64,000 nt of DNA. Source: Lepidodermella squamata (taxonomy: Eukaryota; Animalia; Gastrotricha). The stretch covers positions 124,001 to 188,000 of the forward strand of contig JBLDXI010000012.1 in NCBI GenBank assembly GCA_047495785.1, given 5' to 3'. Every line of letters starts with the position of its first letter. The stretch's first letter is position 1. This document shows positions 11,959 through 23,530 of the stretch, one piece after another. The translations under genes and the position numbers were made by a program. The notes below the pieces were generated by a model that did no database searches, was not told the origin of the DNA, and saw only the letters and a list, made by a program, of their open reading frames with translations.

Positions 11959-12899
11959 GTTGTTTTAAGATATTTTATGAATGTATGTTCATGAAGCGGA
12001 AAATTCGGAGTAATTACCAAGAATGGGTCATGATATTTGCCTGTCAATATTCCCATGTCAATACTGCTAAAAATAGACATCCATTGATTTTATGGAAATT
12101 AAAACTTCATTATCCTGTCATGTGATGATTTGTTGTGGCTGCTTTCGTCTCAGCGAAATTAGGAAGCGTCAAGTTATACATCTTACGCCATTTGTTTCCA
12201 TTCTAGGCGAGTTGTCCTAGGGGATAAAAGGCTCTAATGGATGCATAGGATACTAATTAGGATGAGGCTGCTCGGCTGTCATAGAGACGGTTTGGCATAG
12301 TTTTTACCATGCTCGAAGTTCTATATAAAAGGGCACAATTGTTACTTTTCCATCCGATTGTCCGAATTCCAGATGACCGCCGAAATGATGATGGAATTTT
12401 GGCAGCTTGACTTGAACATAGCTAACACTCGAGACGGATCCAATTTGGAACCCAGTTGAGATCGTGGCCCATGGTCATATAAGGAGTAATTACTAATTAC
12501 TTAGGTGCCTGGTGGATTTCACCAGGCCAAGTGTAACTTTAATAACAGCTAAAACGAACCCTGGTTTGCTCATTCGTGATTCGTGATTGCGTGAGTGAGA
12601 AAGGGATGACGAAAATGATAAGGAAGGTCTTTCTTTATACTCCGCACGTTCAATAGTTTTGACCAAAGAAGTGGAGCAGTGGGCGAGCAAATAATAGCAA
12701 TTCTATTTTACTGCACTTTGCCCTCAAATTTTACTAGGTAGGGATGTCGTGGTAATGTGGGATACGTGACGTCTTACAGTCAGCCATTTTGTGTCGCTGC
12801 AAATAGCTGTAATGTGGCATGTTTCCAAAATAAACCTAGCTGGTTTAATGCACCATGAGACCCCGGCAGATGTAATCTTGCCACGCCCAAAAAGCCGTG

Positions 12900-12907
12900 T
12901 ATAAAAG
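12900..12907 (+). promoter_or_regulatory. TATA box of the DUF1566 gene
   Basis: tataaaag ~50 nt upstream of the ATG at 12959; AATAAA at 14183-14188 downstream of the stop. Confidence 0.5.
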
Positions 12908-12958
12908 GTGGCTGTAAAAACGGTGTCATAATCAAGAAGTTTTTCTCTCAACGCGACA

Positions 12959-14095
12959 ATGACCTTGTTATTTCTGCTTGCGGCGATCTGCCTCACGGGG
13001 CAAAGTGCATCAGCTGGGTTGACGTACCCTATCGTCCACACTGGCATCGAAGAATTCACGAACGACATCACGTACATTACCAAGCCGAACCCAGGTCAGG
13101 CATTCTACGGCCAGGATGGTCACTACCCAGGCATTAAGGCCAGTTACAAGGACAACAATGACGGAACCGTGACTGATCTCGTCACCGGTCTTATGTGGCA
13201 AAAGTCAATGGGAAGCAAGATGCTCTACACCGCGGCCGTAGGTGCTGCTAATACTCTACGTCTCGGAAATTACGACGACTGGCGAATCCCGACTATCAAG
13301 GAGCTGTACTCTCTCATGCTCTTCACCGGTTACTACGGCACGTCATCGAAAAAGTTTATCGACGACGTTTTCGATCAGCCCTACGGCAACACTTCAGCCG
13401 GCGAGCGGGATTTCGATGCGCAAACGATGAGCTCGACCATGTACATGGGCTACGTTATGGGAAACAGCGAATGCAACTTCGGGGTCAACTTCATCGACGG
13501 CCGTATCAAGTGCTACCCGCGCAACAAAAATATCTACTTCAGGTTTGTCCGCGGCTCGACCAACTACGGATTTAACGACTTGATTTCAAACGGAGACGGA
13601 ACAGTCTCTGATCGGGCGACTGGTCTAGTCTGGCAGCAGTCTGATAGCGGTAAGGGTATGGAGTGGAAAGATGCGTTGGACTATTGCGAGAACCTTGTCC
13701 TGGCTGGCCGGGATGATTGGCGCCTGCCTAACGCGAAGGAACTGCAAAGCATTGTCGACTACAACCGAGGCCCGCAATCGACGAACACCGCCGCAATCAG
13801 CTCGCTGTTTCACTCCACTCAGATACCTGTCCCCAGCGGAGCGGCCAATGCTACGGAATTCGCTTTCTACTGGACCGGAACGACTCACAAGGACGGACCT
13901 CAGCCTAACATGGCGGCTTATGTTTGTTTTGGTCGCGCATATGGCAAAACCTCGTCTGTTATTGACGTCCACGGCGCTGGTGCCCAGAGGAGCGACCCGA
14001 AGAGCGCTCGCGGCCAAACCTACCCGCAATACTTCGGACCCCAGGGTGACTTGAGAACCGTCTACAACTTTGTCCGATGCGTTCGAAACGCGTGA
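12959..14095 (+). CDS. Secreted protein with two DUF1566 (Lcl-like) domains, bacterial type
   Basis: Signal peptide. Two repeats, DGTVTDLVTGLMWQ...DWRIPTIKELYSL and DGTVSDRATGLVWQ...DWRLPNAKELQSIVDY. C-terminal HGAGAQRSDPK...GPQGD...NFVRCVR. Intronless and visibly GC-richer than its flanks. Confidence 0.9.
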   Translation: MTLLFLLAAICLTGQSASAGLTYPIVHTGIEEFTNDITYITKPNPGQAFYGQDGHYPGIKASYKDNNDGTVTDLVTGLMWQKSMGSKMLYTAAVGAANTLRLGNYDDWRIPTIKELYSLMLFTGYYGTSSKKFIDDVFDQPYGNTSAGERDFDAQTMSSTMYMGYVMGNSECNFGVNFIDGRIKCYPRNKNIYFRFVRGSTNYGFNDLISNGDGTVSDRATGLVWQQSDSGKGMEWKDALDYCENLVLAGRDDWRLPNAKELQSIVDYNRGPQSTNTAAISSLFHSTQIPVPSGAANATEFAFYWTGTTHKDGPQPNMAAYVCFGRAYGKTSSVIDVHGAGAQRSDPKSARGQTYPQYFGPQGDLRTVYNFVRCVRNA

Positions 14096-14199
14096 AAATT
14101 GCATGGATTTTGGTGACGGGGCTTTTATTTATGCTGGTTCATAATATAAACATAATATTAAGCTGTCTCTCTATATCTTCTGAATAAAGCTTGCTGGTT

Positions 14200-14409
14200 T
14201 TAATAGTCAGCTCTTATGTTTTTTCCTGGGGGCTTGAGTTGCCATTGGAAATGATGGGCAGAGACGTCGCCGTTATCATGGTTGGCAGATATGTCATTCT
14301 CACCGCTTGCCAGAACGTACTTGGACTTGGGGCGTTTTGCTTCGATATCGCCCAAGAAAAGCAGTCCATTAAGGACTAGAAGAAGGATGATAGCTGAAAC
14401 GAATCTCAT
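14200..14409 (-). CDS. Small secreted peptide (KSK/HWQ family)
   Basis: Signal peptide; RPKSKYVL...HFQWQ; paralog of 14650. Confidence 0.8.
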   Translation of the reverse strand: MRFVSAIILLLVLNGLLFLGDIEAKRPKSKYVLASGENDISANHDNGDVSAHHFQWQLKPPGKNIRADY

Positions 14410-14649
14410 TGTGAAAAAAGCCGTAATCGAAAATAAAGAGTTTGGAATAGTGAGAGAGCTCCAGAGATCTAAAAGCCGGGTTCGCGGTGAACTCTAATAA
14501 GTATTTACATTTTAATAACGCAAAAAACGGAAATCCGCCAATTTTATAAACATTGGGAGAGTGGTTTTTTATTCAAAAAAAACACGCAATCTATCTAGGG
14601 AATGATGTTTTGTGGTTTTATAACGAGTCATTCACCGACTTTTTCATCA

Positions 14650-14883
14650 TCATGTATCGAAGTTGATAGGCTGTCGAACGGGGTGGTGTACTCGATCTTC
14701 GATTTGCCAATGATATCGATAGTCAGACTTGTCGTCGTTTCCGTCGTGGTGATCTTGCAAGGTGTGGAAATTCGACTCGGCACTCTCTAGTATGAACTTT
14801 GATTTCATTCGCCTCAGGGCATCGGCCGCTGACGAAACCACTAGCAAAAGTATCACGGTAAAGAGAAGATTTTTAAACAGCAT
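14650..14883 (-). CDS. Small secreted peptide (KSK/HWQ family)
   Basis: ATG 14883; signal peptide; RRMKSKFIL...RYHWQ. Confidence 0.85.
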   Translation of the reverse strand: MLFKNLLFTVILLLVVSSAADALRRMKSKFILESAESNFHTLQDHHDGNDDKSDYRYHWQIEDRVHHPVRQPINFDT

Positions 14884-14985
14884 TTTCAAGCGGGATAGAA
14901 ACAACAAAAATGAAGTAAATTTTGGCAAGCCATTTCGCTTTTAAGAACTGTCATTTTTTTATTGTTATTTTCTAACAAAAAACCG

Positions 14986-15327
14986 TCACATGTCATTGCG
15001 GTTAGTCGGCCTGGTCTGGCGTATTTTCACCACATACAGGTTATTTCCGGGGTTATTGTACAAAAAGTTGCGTGGGCTTTCTTTCCGTCGCGCCTTTCCT
15101 GTCAGCAAAAAATGCTTCGGATTAGCGGCCATGCCTCGCATTGGTGCAGCCATAAGGATGGCGCTGTTTTGCAGGCCGAACAGCTTCGCTAGAAAATTGA
15201 TCTCCGAAGTTAGTTGAATCGGCTCCTGGCCCTTCGAAACGTCACTGATATCGACCGGGGTGATTTTGAACCGCCCGTCAGAACCTTCAACCAAACACGC
15301 GAGAAGGATAAGAGATAGTAAAATCAT
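14986..15327 (-). CDS. Small secreted basic protein
   Basis: ATG 15327; signal peptide MILLSLILLACLVEG; RRK site. Confidence 0.75.
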   Translation of the reverse strand: MILLSLILLACLVEGSDGRFKITPVDISDVSKGQEPIQLTSEINFLAKLFGLQNSAILMAAPMRGMAANPKHFLLTGKARRKESPRNFLYNNPGNNLYVVKIRQTRPTNRNDM

Positions 15328-15555
15328 TGCCAAAAAGTTGTAAAATAAAAGTCTCTCTGGATACGATGATCGTGATTTTAAAAGTCATTAATATTTCACA
15401 CGTGATTAGGTTGGGGGTGTGACAATTTCTCCGCCTGGCAGCTTTCCCCTCCCACACCGAGTTAGGAATCCTATATTTATCTTACATGTGCGCTGATTTT
15501 ATTGTTTCATTCAAGTATAATTCCCGTGACAGAAGAAAAGACAAATAAAATGTTT

Positions 15556-15969
15556 CTATTTGCTGCCTCGCCGATACAAAGAATCGCTAGGGCTGCGCCA
15601 GTTTCTAACGCCGGCAATTGCGTTCCAATTCAGCGGTCGGTTGTATTTCGTAGCCAGGTAGTTTCGCAGGCGATTTCGGGACATTTCACTGTTACTCGTG
15701 TACGATGATGAATACTTGTAAGGATTCCTATTATAGCTGGAACTTCTCATTTGATTGACCTGAGCAAAACGGCCGCCAGCTCGCTTGACCTGCAACAATA
15801 GCAGATCAGCATCGTCATCACTTTCGGCGGAGCTTTTATCGATGACAACTTGCGGGGAGTCGGCATCGAAGTACACTTCGTCCAATAAATCGTCACTCAA
15901 CGGATTAGCAGAAGATATAGCGAGAAAGCTTTGCAGCAGCAGGCAGATTACGAGCGTGAAAGCGAGCAT
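15556..15969 (-). CDS. Secreted prohormone-like precursor
   Basis: ATG 15969; signal peptide; acidic pro-region, KR, then a basic Tyr/Asn/Arg-rich peptide. TATA-like tatatataa near 16043-16051 on the minus strand. Confidence 0.85.
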   Translation of the reverse strand: MLAFTLVICLLLQSFLAISSANPLSDDLLDEVYFDADSPQVVIDKSSAESDDDADLLLLQVKRAGGRFAQVNQMRSSSYNRNPYKYSSSYTSNSEMSRNRLRNYLATKYNRPLNWNAIAGVRNWRSPSDSLYRRGSK

Positions 15970-16295
15970 GTTTTTCGCCCTAATTTTTCGTCGCCGATTG
16001 TCGAAAAATTGTGATTTATTCTTCGCACTAAAAACTCGGGTGTTATATATAGCGGCATCCCTCGAACCCCGCGTGTTATTCGCGGCTCGAGAGCTCTTCA
16101 CTCTAAGTGATTAGCACCCGTTATATTGCCAGGTGACCGGCTATTCTATAGTTTAAAAACGCCCCCGATAACTGAGGGTTGTGCATCGTCATAAAAAATC
16201 AGTTATAGTGGCCATTAATGGGTCACTAATTGTTGAGAATCGGGACACGAATATACTTGAACGATGATTAAATCTATTTGCACCAACTTTAACTT

Positions 16296-16835
16296 GGCCG
16301 TTGACAAGTGAAAAATGGGATTTCGCAAAAATGCTCGATTTTGATGTCACTTTCAAGTACAATAAACGAGCAGTTGACCGATGTCAACACGAGTTTGATA
16401 GTCATCAGGGTTGCTGAGTTATTGGGCTTTAAAGTTGGCCAGTGAATATGCTGAAATTTTGAAAAATCGCGCCTAAAAAATTGAGTTTTTATTGCCTCAA
16501 TAATCCTCCACGCAATAAATTACAATGTTTTCCTTATGCGCAGTCGGCATTTTATAGGGTAATCTGAGGTGAGGAATTTCTCTGGATATTCGAAAATTTA
16601 GGTGGAATCAAGCTAGTGTCTCCACATCAAACTGAATCGATAATACTTTTAAACGTTCTCCGTCTTTTAAGGAGGATGGGAGCATCCTAGAGGTCTGAAA
16701 TTCGAAAATTTAATATTTGACTGACTAAGAAAATCTTGGACTCGAAGAATCGCTCTTCTTCAAGTCAATACTTTTTGCGATTTGCTAGAAAATACAGAAA
16801 ATTCGCCAAACCCCACTTTTCACTTGCTAACGGTC
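16296..16835. mobile_element. Degenerate MITE-like element
   Basis: Imperfect inverted repeats at 16296-16320 (ggccgttgacaagtgaaaaatggga) and 16811-16835. Confidence 0.45.
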
Positions 16836-17096
16836 ATTTTTTAACCTAAAAGCTAAGATTCATCCCACGTCGGAAGCTGAAACATGTGTCCTTGGGGAAA
16901 ATTAAGGTGTGTTTTCTATTTTTTGTACTTTGCACTTATTATCAGAAGAGTGTTGAACTGATTATAAAAATAGCCTATATGAACCTAAAAACGAGTTTAT
17001 TTCTCTATAAATACAGCAACGAAAAGCGAGATAGCGATTTAATGCCCACCGGTGAAGTGAACAATAAGATTAAAAGGTCTAAAAAACTGCCGGTAT

Positions 17097-17447
17097 TCAG
17101 CTTTTGCCGTAGGACGCGGCTTGCGATGCCTTGACGTTGTTCATACCGCCGGCGAATCGCCGCTTCAAAGCCTCCAAATCGTCGCTAGGATGCCATTCGC
17201 GTCGAAGAACGGTGTGCTCGTAGGTAGGCTTCCAGTTACTTGGGTTGTTATTACCTCGGAACTTGCTCTTCGGCATTTTCATAAAAGGCCGTCGGTTACG
17301 CTCGAAATTATTGTCATCATCCTTAATTTTGCTCATAAGCAGATCGTACATAGATTGGCCATCGTCATTCTCCTCAGCCGAAGCAGCGGCTGATTCCAGA
17401 AAATATAGCGAAAAACATAGAGCGAAAAGTCCGATAAGGGTTCTCAT
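17097..17447 (-). CDS. Secreted prohormone-like precursor
   Basis: Signal peptide; acidic spacer; RR, RR and KRR sites; PKSKF motif. Confidence 0.85.
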   Translation of the reverse strand: MRTLIGLFALCFSLYFLESAAASAEENDDGQSMYDLLMSKIKDDDNNFERNRRPFMKMPKSKFRGNNNPSNWKPTYEHTVLRREWHPSDDLEALKRRFAGGMNNVKASQAASYGKS

Positions 17448-17970
17448 CTTCCAAGGTTGTTTAAATATTTTCTAAAAAATTGGGAAAATGTTTAATTTTA
17501 AGCGAGCAAAAGTTTCAAGGCGGAAATGAAGTCTTCCTGCACTCTGCTCTGGTATGTCGATTCGCGCAGATAATAATGACTTATATCGATATTGCGATTT
17601 TTTCCCTTTTTTGCTTTTCCCCCCGAGTGGGCGGCGCAAGTTTTGTTATCCGATGCGTTTTACATTCTCGAAGAGAAAACAACCAATTAGAGGGGTGATA
17701 ATTTCTGCATAATAATGCGGGGCGATGCATAAGAATATTTCCTGAATTTTTGACAATAGCACTGGGAAGAAAACAAATTATCTTATGACGCAAATGATAG
17801 AACATTTTATTTCCATGCTAAAATTATTGCCATTCTTTTTATTCCTTTGGATAAAGGGTAAACATCATCGCCGTTTCTAAATTTGATTTGTTGAATATTA
17901 GAAGAATGGTGCTATAGCTGGGCACGCAGCCATATAGTGTAAATAGATTGCGAAAAAATCAGGACACATT

Positions 17971-18234
17971 TCAGCGCTGCTCAACTAGGAGAGGCCTGCC
18001 GTACATCCATTGAACGCGAGGCCGGTCGCTATCAATCGCGTTTCGGCTTGATCCAACTCGAACTATCTTTCGGGATGCATACCTGCGGCGTCTTTCAGGC
18101 TCTGCTTTCACGCCAACGAGTTTGCCGAGATCGAGACCTCTGCTGACCGCTAGCCAGTTGGCAGCACTCATGCTATCGGCCGTCGATGCAGAAATTACGA
18201 GTAGGACAGCAAAAATCATCAGGATATTGTTCAT
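17971..18234 (-). CDS. Small secreted peptide precursor (GRP-motif family)
   Basis: ATG 18234; signal peptide; RRR; DRPRVQWMYGRPLLV. Confidence 0.85.
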   Translation of the reverse strand: MNNILMIFAVLLVISASTADSMSAANWLAVSRGLDLGKLVGVKAEPERRRRYASRKIVRVGSSRNAIDSDRPRVQWMYGRPLLVEQR

Positions 18235-18937
18235 TTTCTCCGAATTTAATGAAAAAAATCGCACCTATAAAAGATAAATTTCAATTGAAGTATGCTGAAT
18301 CGCGACATCAACATGAGAATACAGGAAGGCGATATAACGCTTGAAAAGCAGAAATTTGAGAGAATGAATGTTTCCGAACAGTCTGACAGGATGAAACAAA
18401 TGAGGATAAAGCGAAACCTCGAAAGTGATAGTGGTGGAACAGTCCGTTATCGATCGGTATTACCTGTGAAATGCAGTGACTCATTGACCTCTGGGATGCA
18501 GATGTGAGCAACAACATCGAATCAATAAATGAAAATTGAAGTTTATCAATTTTACCGAAGATTTTTTTATATTAGCAGTGGAACATGTAAAAACGAAAGT
18601 TTTATTTCTCTTTCCAGCGAAAGGGAAGATGATACCATACTGTAGCCACCCGCCTCCTCAGCTTCGAAGATGGATTCAAGGAATTTAATTTCTTCAGTAT
18701 AGTCCGGGATAAAATTTGCCACCTGGAATTCGCCTCAGCAGGTAAAAATCAGACGTTTTTTGGCGCAGTTATATTACGTGAGAAACGTGTGATCAAGCTC
18801 ATTAACAAGTGAGTGACATCGCGGGCCTCAAACGTGATCGTGCGAAATGAAACGTGAGAAAATTTTCAAATTAATCAATCATAATTGGCGTTATTTATTG
18901 CTAAAAATATACATTGAAATCTCATAGGACTAAAACA

Positions 18938-19255
18938 TTACGAGTTAGGTTGTACTACGACAGGTCGACCATAAATCCACTGTATCTTCGGTCGGTCTTC
19001 CGTTGGGGGTAGCCGGGCGGTTTTTAGCCGATTAATATTCTTAGCAGCGTACTTTCGATCTTCATTACTCGATTTGCTGTTCGATCGACTCTTCAACAGC
19101 CGGCTGCTTTCATCTGCTAACAACAGCCACGGTTTGCCGTAATTGTCCAAATACAGACCAACGACTGATTGAGACTGATCGGGAAGCTTCAATACAGAGG
19201 AACTTGCAAGGCAGATCATAGCGGCTAAGATCAAGAAATGAAAAATATGATCCAT
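18938..19255 (-). CDS. Small secreted peptide precursor (GRP-motif family)
   Basis: ATG 19255; signal peptide; DRPKIQWIYGRPVVV. Confidence 0.85.
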   Translation of the reverse strand: MDHIFHFLILAAMICLASSSVLKLPDQSQSVVGLYLDNYGKPWLLLADESSRLLKSRSNSKSSNEDRKYAAKNINRLKTARLPPTEDRPKIQWIYGRPVVVQPNS

Positions 19256-19479
19256 CTTAAATTTGAAATGAATGGTTTCACACTGAAAAAACACCTCAAA
19301 GTACTGAAAATTTGATCTATGCATCGCGTGTCGAATAATGTGGGAGTACCACGCTGCGGAAGTATCAATTTCCAGGTATAATAATAATAAAAAAAGAAAT
19401 TTTATAGCACATCAATATACTTTTTATTTTGCCGCGCACAATAAACCGAGCTGTGAGGAAGTACAATAACGCGCTATTT

Positions 19480-19848
19480 TTAGTCGTCGCCTTCAAAAAA
19501 TTTAGACGTGCGCCCTTTTCCGCCTGGTAGTAGCTCGATGTTTTCAACGTCGCCGGCCGTCGTCATCACGCGCCGGCCGTACTCGGCGGCGATCAGGTCC
19601 TGAATGGCGGTGTTGCGCTCCCAAGCTCGCGCAAGTTCAGAATTCGACGCCTGAGTGTTCATAAATTGATTGAAAGGCAACGCGATGCGCTCGAAATTCA
19701 ACGGAACGCTATCTTCATCCAAATCACGGCTTTTCAGCGGGAAGGCAACAGGTTTTCGATTATTACCCGTCTTCGCTCGAGTCGTTAGCCAGGCGTTCGT
19801 AAGGGCGGCAAAAAATAGTAGGGTGACTGCAAAAATTAATGTCCTCAT
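19480..19848 (-). CDS. Small secreted protein (helix AAE family)
   Basis: ATG 19848; signal peptide; AIQDLIAAEYGRR; GKGR. Confidence 0.85.
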   Translation of the reverse strand: MRTLIFAVTLLFFAALTNAWLTTRAKTGNNRKPVAFPLKSRDLDEDSVPLNFERIALPFNQFMNTQASNSELARAWERNTAIQDLIAAEYGRRVMTTAGDVENIELLPGGKGRTSKFFEGDD

Positions 19849-20083
19849 TTTAATATACTGACTGGAAAATGATCCTCGAGTTGATGTAATATACTGGGTC
19901 TTAATTATTGACTTAATATGACCGGCGGCGGTCATTTTCACACGTAGGTGTGAGATTATTTATTTGCATTCTCACATTTAATTTCAACAAAACTTTTATT
20001 ACCTCCTCAAACAATAAGTGCGCGATAATACACCTGGAAGCAAAATAAAAACGAGGGTCAATTATGTATGTCTGCGCGTGGGA

Positions 20084-20530
20084 TTAATTAAATCCAGGAT
20101 CGATGTCAGCGTAGACAGTCTCGATAGGAACTGGTTCAGCTTTTGTCAACTTGTCGTACTGCAAATCAGTACCGCCCATCGCCTTCCAGAATCGGTAGGC
20201 TAAATCTGCTGCGGCTTGGTGAATTTCGTCGTTTTTGTGCCACTCCCCGTTCGCGTCATTAGCAGCCGCCGCTTTGCTGAGCCGGTCCAATTCCTCGAGG
20301 ATTGAGTCGTGTTGGACACTTGGCGCTGGGTCTGTCGGCGCTACACCCTCGGCTTGCCAGTGATAGCGACGCGAGTCGAGCTCCTGATCCAACGCGTCGT
20401 CCTCCGGTCGAAAGTCGAAGCCGTTGCCCAAGAAGAATTTCGACCGGCTTGAAGGTGGAGCGCGGCCGTAACCTGCCTCCACGAACTGCGAACTTACAGC
20501 TATAGCAGAAATAACGATAAAAGCCAGCAT
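20084..20530 (-). CDS. Small secreted protein (KSK/HWQ/helix family)
   Basis: ATG 20530; signal peptide; RSKFFL; RRYHWQ; IHQAAADLAYR. Confidence 0.85.
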   Translation of the reverse strand: MLAFIVISAIAVSSQFVEAGYGRAPPSSRSKFFLGNGFDFRPEDDALDQELDSRRYHWQAEGVAPTDPAPSVQHDSILEELDRLSKAAAANDANGEWHKNDEIHQAAADLAYRFWKAMGGTDLQYDKLTKAEPVPIETVYADIDPGFN

Positions 20531-21032
20531 TTTATTTCCGAAAAAAATCAACTGTCGGGGATGTCTGGTTTAGAGAAAGGCGAGGTGTGAAGAACTCTTT
20601 ATAAACTATGAAAAAAGCAGTAGTTCTCGACAATCCCGAGGGCCGATTTCGTATATAGGGCAATAAAAATAATTAAAACATCCGCCTTCTCGGAAATGCG
20701 GTGTAGAGCCGTGGGATCAATTGAGAATCCTTCACACCCGCATTTTTCGTCTTATCTACGAAGGCGGGCTTCATCAATATTAAGTCACGAAAAGGGCCTA
20801 AAATAGAAACTTTGATGAGTTTACACCCCAGATAAATAATAAGAACTAGATTCTAGATTCATAAAGCAATAAAGAGGGCTTTATGTGGGAGAGATAACAA
20901 CACATTGTCATGCCCGCTGGATGCTATAGATGATGGGGAAATAATGAGGGCGTCTAAAATTAGAAGGACAAAACGGAAAAAAATCCGAACTTAGAAATTG
21001 CTTTGTAAATTTTTAATACACCTTCTATTTGC

Positions 21033-21206
21033 GGTCGATCGAAACTGATGCCGTCCCTGAGCTTAGGATTTTTAATTTAGCTACCTGGCGCCCTAAGCTA
21101 CGTATCGATACTATCGATAAATACTATCGATGTTGGGTTCCAGGTTCCACGCCGGCTGAAAAATCACTGATTTGTAAAATCGATACTTGGAATCGATGTC
21201 GGCTCT
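21033..21206. repeat. Dispersed repeat rich in atcgat (copies at 50659-50730 and 56964-57123)
   Basis: Reverse complement of 56964-57123 (e.g. aaatcgatacttggaatcgat vs atcgattccaagtatcgattt). Confidence 0.75.
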
Positions 21207-21816
21207 CCAAGCTGAAATATAACTAACAAAATGACCGCTCATAGCGGTTATAAACCGCGGTTAAGCATGATAACAAAAATTTAGATTCCAAAGAAGATAT
21301 AAAGCTCGAAAAATCATATTTTTCTCCGAAATTAGACCCAAAGGTCAATAAAAACTGAACACTCACAATACCATTCCAAGCCAATGAGCGCTTGAAAGAA
21401 CCCGCTAGTTTTCCAACTTTATTCAATTTTGATTTCGATTTCCTAAACTCAGGTAAGAAATAGTAAAATCGCAAAAATTTGCCGAAGAATCTGTAACCTT
21501 TTTACACACATGAATAATTAATTTCTGAATCTTCGAAATGTACCCATGTCCAAAAATATCCTTCGTGACTCAGGTGGTTGAGGGCTTATTTGGCCTGATT
21601 TTTTACCGGTATCTGTATGCATTTATGTATGTATATGTAGGATAGATCAGGACGAGAAGCAACTCGACCTAATTCCTTAATTTTAGACGATTTTGCGATG
21701 AAAAGGTTTCGACCTAAAAATGTAATACGAGTCTTTATTTTGCCACATATTTAATCCACGAATAAATTTTATCAACGGTAAATTGTAAAAATCTAACAGT
21801 TGCCTTGAACAGCTTT

Positions 21817-22212
21817 CTAGTTTTGAGTGCCCTTTGTCTGAAACTTCGTCCCATATCGCCTGTTCTGGTACTGGATCCGATGTGATGATGCCGGCCTGCT
21901 GTGAAGGGTATCCATAAAATTCTTCAGGTATAACTTTACATCCTCAGGTAAAGTTGATGCAGCTTGGTGGCTAACCGTCGACCGGCCTCGCTTGCCAATG
22001 AGAGGCCATAGCCAAGGATTGCCGGTATTGTAAGTGCTCGGCTCGTAATTTTGGTCGTAATTAATTTCCTCGTCTTGAACGCCGTCTTCGTAGTTGTTGA
22101 TTTGCCACTGAGCTATCGCAGCTTCATCCTCTGGGAACTCGGCATCCAAAGATGCAGAGACGACGTTAATAACAAATAAGGCTAATAAAGCTAAAATCTT
22201 TGGCATGGTCAT
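21817..22212 (-). CDS. Secreted prohormone-like precursor
   Basis: ATG 22212; signal peptide; acidic region ending PWLWPLI-GKR (amidation plus cleavage site). Confidence 0.85.
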   Translation of the reverse strand: MTMPKILALLALFVINVVSASLDAEFPEDEAAIAQWQINNYEDGVQDEEINYDQNYEPSTYNTGNPWLWPLIGKRGRSTVSHQAASTLPEDVKLYLKNFMDTLHSRPASSHRIQYQNRRYGTKFQTKGTQN

Positions 22213-22377
22213 TCTCGTTTTTTCCCCAGAAAATGCAGAACGAAAAAGCAAGTAATGTCAATTTTAATGGTTTTATTTTCCTTACTCACGGATTCAATTA
22301 GCGATTCAAGTGCGGGGTACAACGCATCAGTGGGCGCAAGGCATACTGTTTACGAATTTTTTCAAAATTATGTTGTT

Positions 22378-22656
22378 TCAATTAATAGGCCTCTCGTTGA
22401 AGCGGATGTATGTCAGCGGGCGGCCGCCGGCCATTAGTACATGACCGCCGGGAAATTGAACGCGTTCGATCGACTTGTTGTTGTCCATATTCGCAGCAAA
22501 AGTTTTACCTGCAACTGACGCCCGCCGGCCGCTATTTCCAAGAGCGCCGGCTAATTCACGGCTGGACAGCTCAGCGTAGTCTTCGAAATAGCCCGAGACA
22601 ACGGTGGTGATGAAGGCCAATATTAAAATAATAGCTAGGTGCACTCGAGTCATCAT
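22378..22656 (-). CDS. Small secreted peptide precursor (GRP-motif variant)
   Basis: Signal peptide; GRR; VLMAGGRPLTYI. Confidence 0.8.
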   Translation of the reverse strand: MMTRVHLAIILILAFITTVVSGYFEDYAELSSRELAGALGNSGRRASVAGKTFAANMDNNKSIERVQFPGGHVLMAGGRPLTYIRFNERPIN

Positions 22657-22887
22657 TGCGAGAGTTTTAGTTCGAAAAAATCTGGAAATTTTGATTGCGT
22701 GAAGTGCTATAATGATTACATCGGCGTAGTTGTCTCGCGAATCTCCATGGGCGCAAATGAGCCCCGCAGAGATTATTGACTCGGTTAAATTCTAGAAAAA
22801 ATCCCACGCAACTTATAATAACAATCCTGTTGTTTTTATTGTGTTTTCTGAATAAATTATGAGCGTTTCCTAGTTAAGTTTTTAGGC

Positions 22888-23199
22888 TCAGCCTTTAGTT
22901 CTGATAACAGCGGACGGCCGCCATTTGTTCAGCCCTTTTGAGTTGTAGTTCTTGAAGGTCGGCTTTGACTTTTCATCGTTGCTGCTATCGAGTGGTTTTG
23001 CCAGAAAATTCCATCGGCTGATTGATGAGACTGGTTTCGGCGGGAGGGCGTTGCTTTGAAATGCCGCCCGCTTCCAAATAAAACTGAACTCAGGGGCGAA
23101 TGGTAGGATATCTGTTTCAACTCGCTCCTCGCTAGACTGAGCTGCTGTTGCGACGAATTGAACAGCAGCCAAGAAGCAAAAGCTAGCAATCGCGATCAT
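22888..23199 (-). CDS. Secreted peptide precursor
   Basis: Signal peptide; KR; terminal Gly. Confidence 0.8.
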   Translation of the reverse strand: MIAIASFCFLAAVQFVATAAQSSEERVETDILPFAPEFSFIWKRAAFQSNALPPKPVSSISRWNFLAKPLDSSNDEKSKPTFKNYNSKGLNKWRPSAVIRTKG

Positions 23200-23530
23200 G
23201 TTGGGTTTTTTCGTTGTAAAATGATGGTCAGCGAGTTTTATTTTATATTGTATTATGGCGGGTGTGTGCGCGTCCCCCGCGCCTTTTCGTAATTAAGGCT
23301 GCGCATCGCTGAGCACGCAAATAGCAAATAATCCCCATTCAGATTTTCTTCTATTTTTTTTTACTAATTGATCTTCACGTACAAACACATCTGACGTGAT
23401 TCCTTTGGGAAGTGACAACACTTACAGTAAAAGCACTTGTAGTTGAGACTAGACCGGAAATAGCACAACAATTTCGCAAAAAACGGCAAATAATTAAGTC
23501 ACTTCAATTTTCGGCCTGCCAAAATTGTCG

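Noticed and set aside
13625-14104. Long antisense or overlapping ORFs (also 46190-46807, 4236-4763, 42716-43042, 49091-49516)
   Set aside because: These are shadows of real genes or read-through across introns, with no independent coding features.
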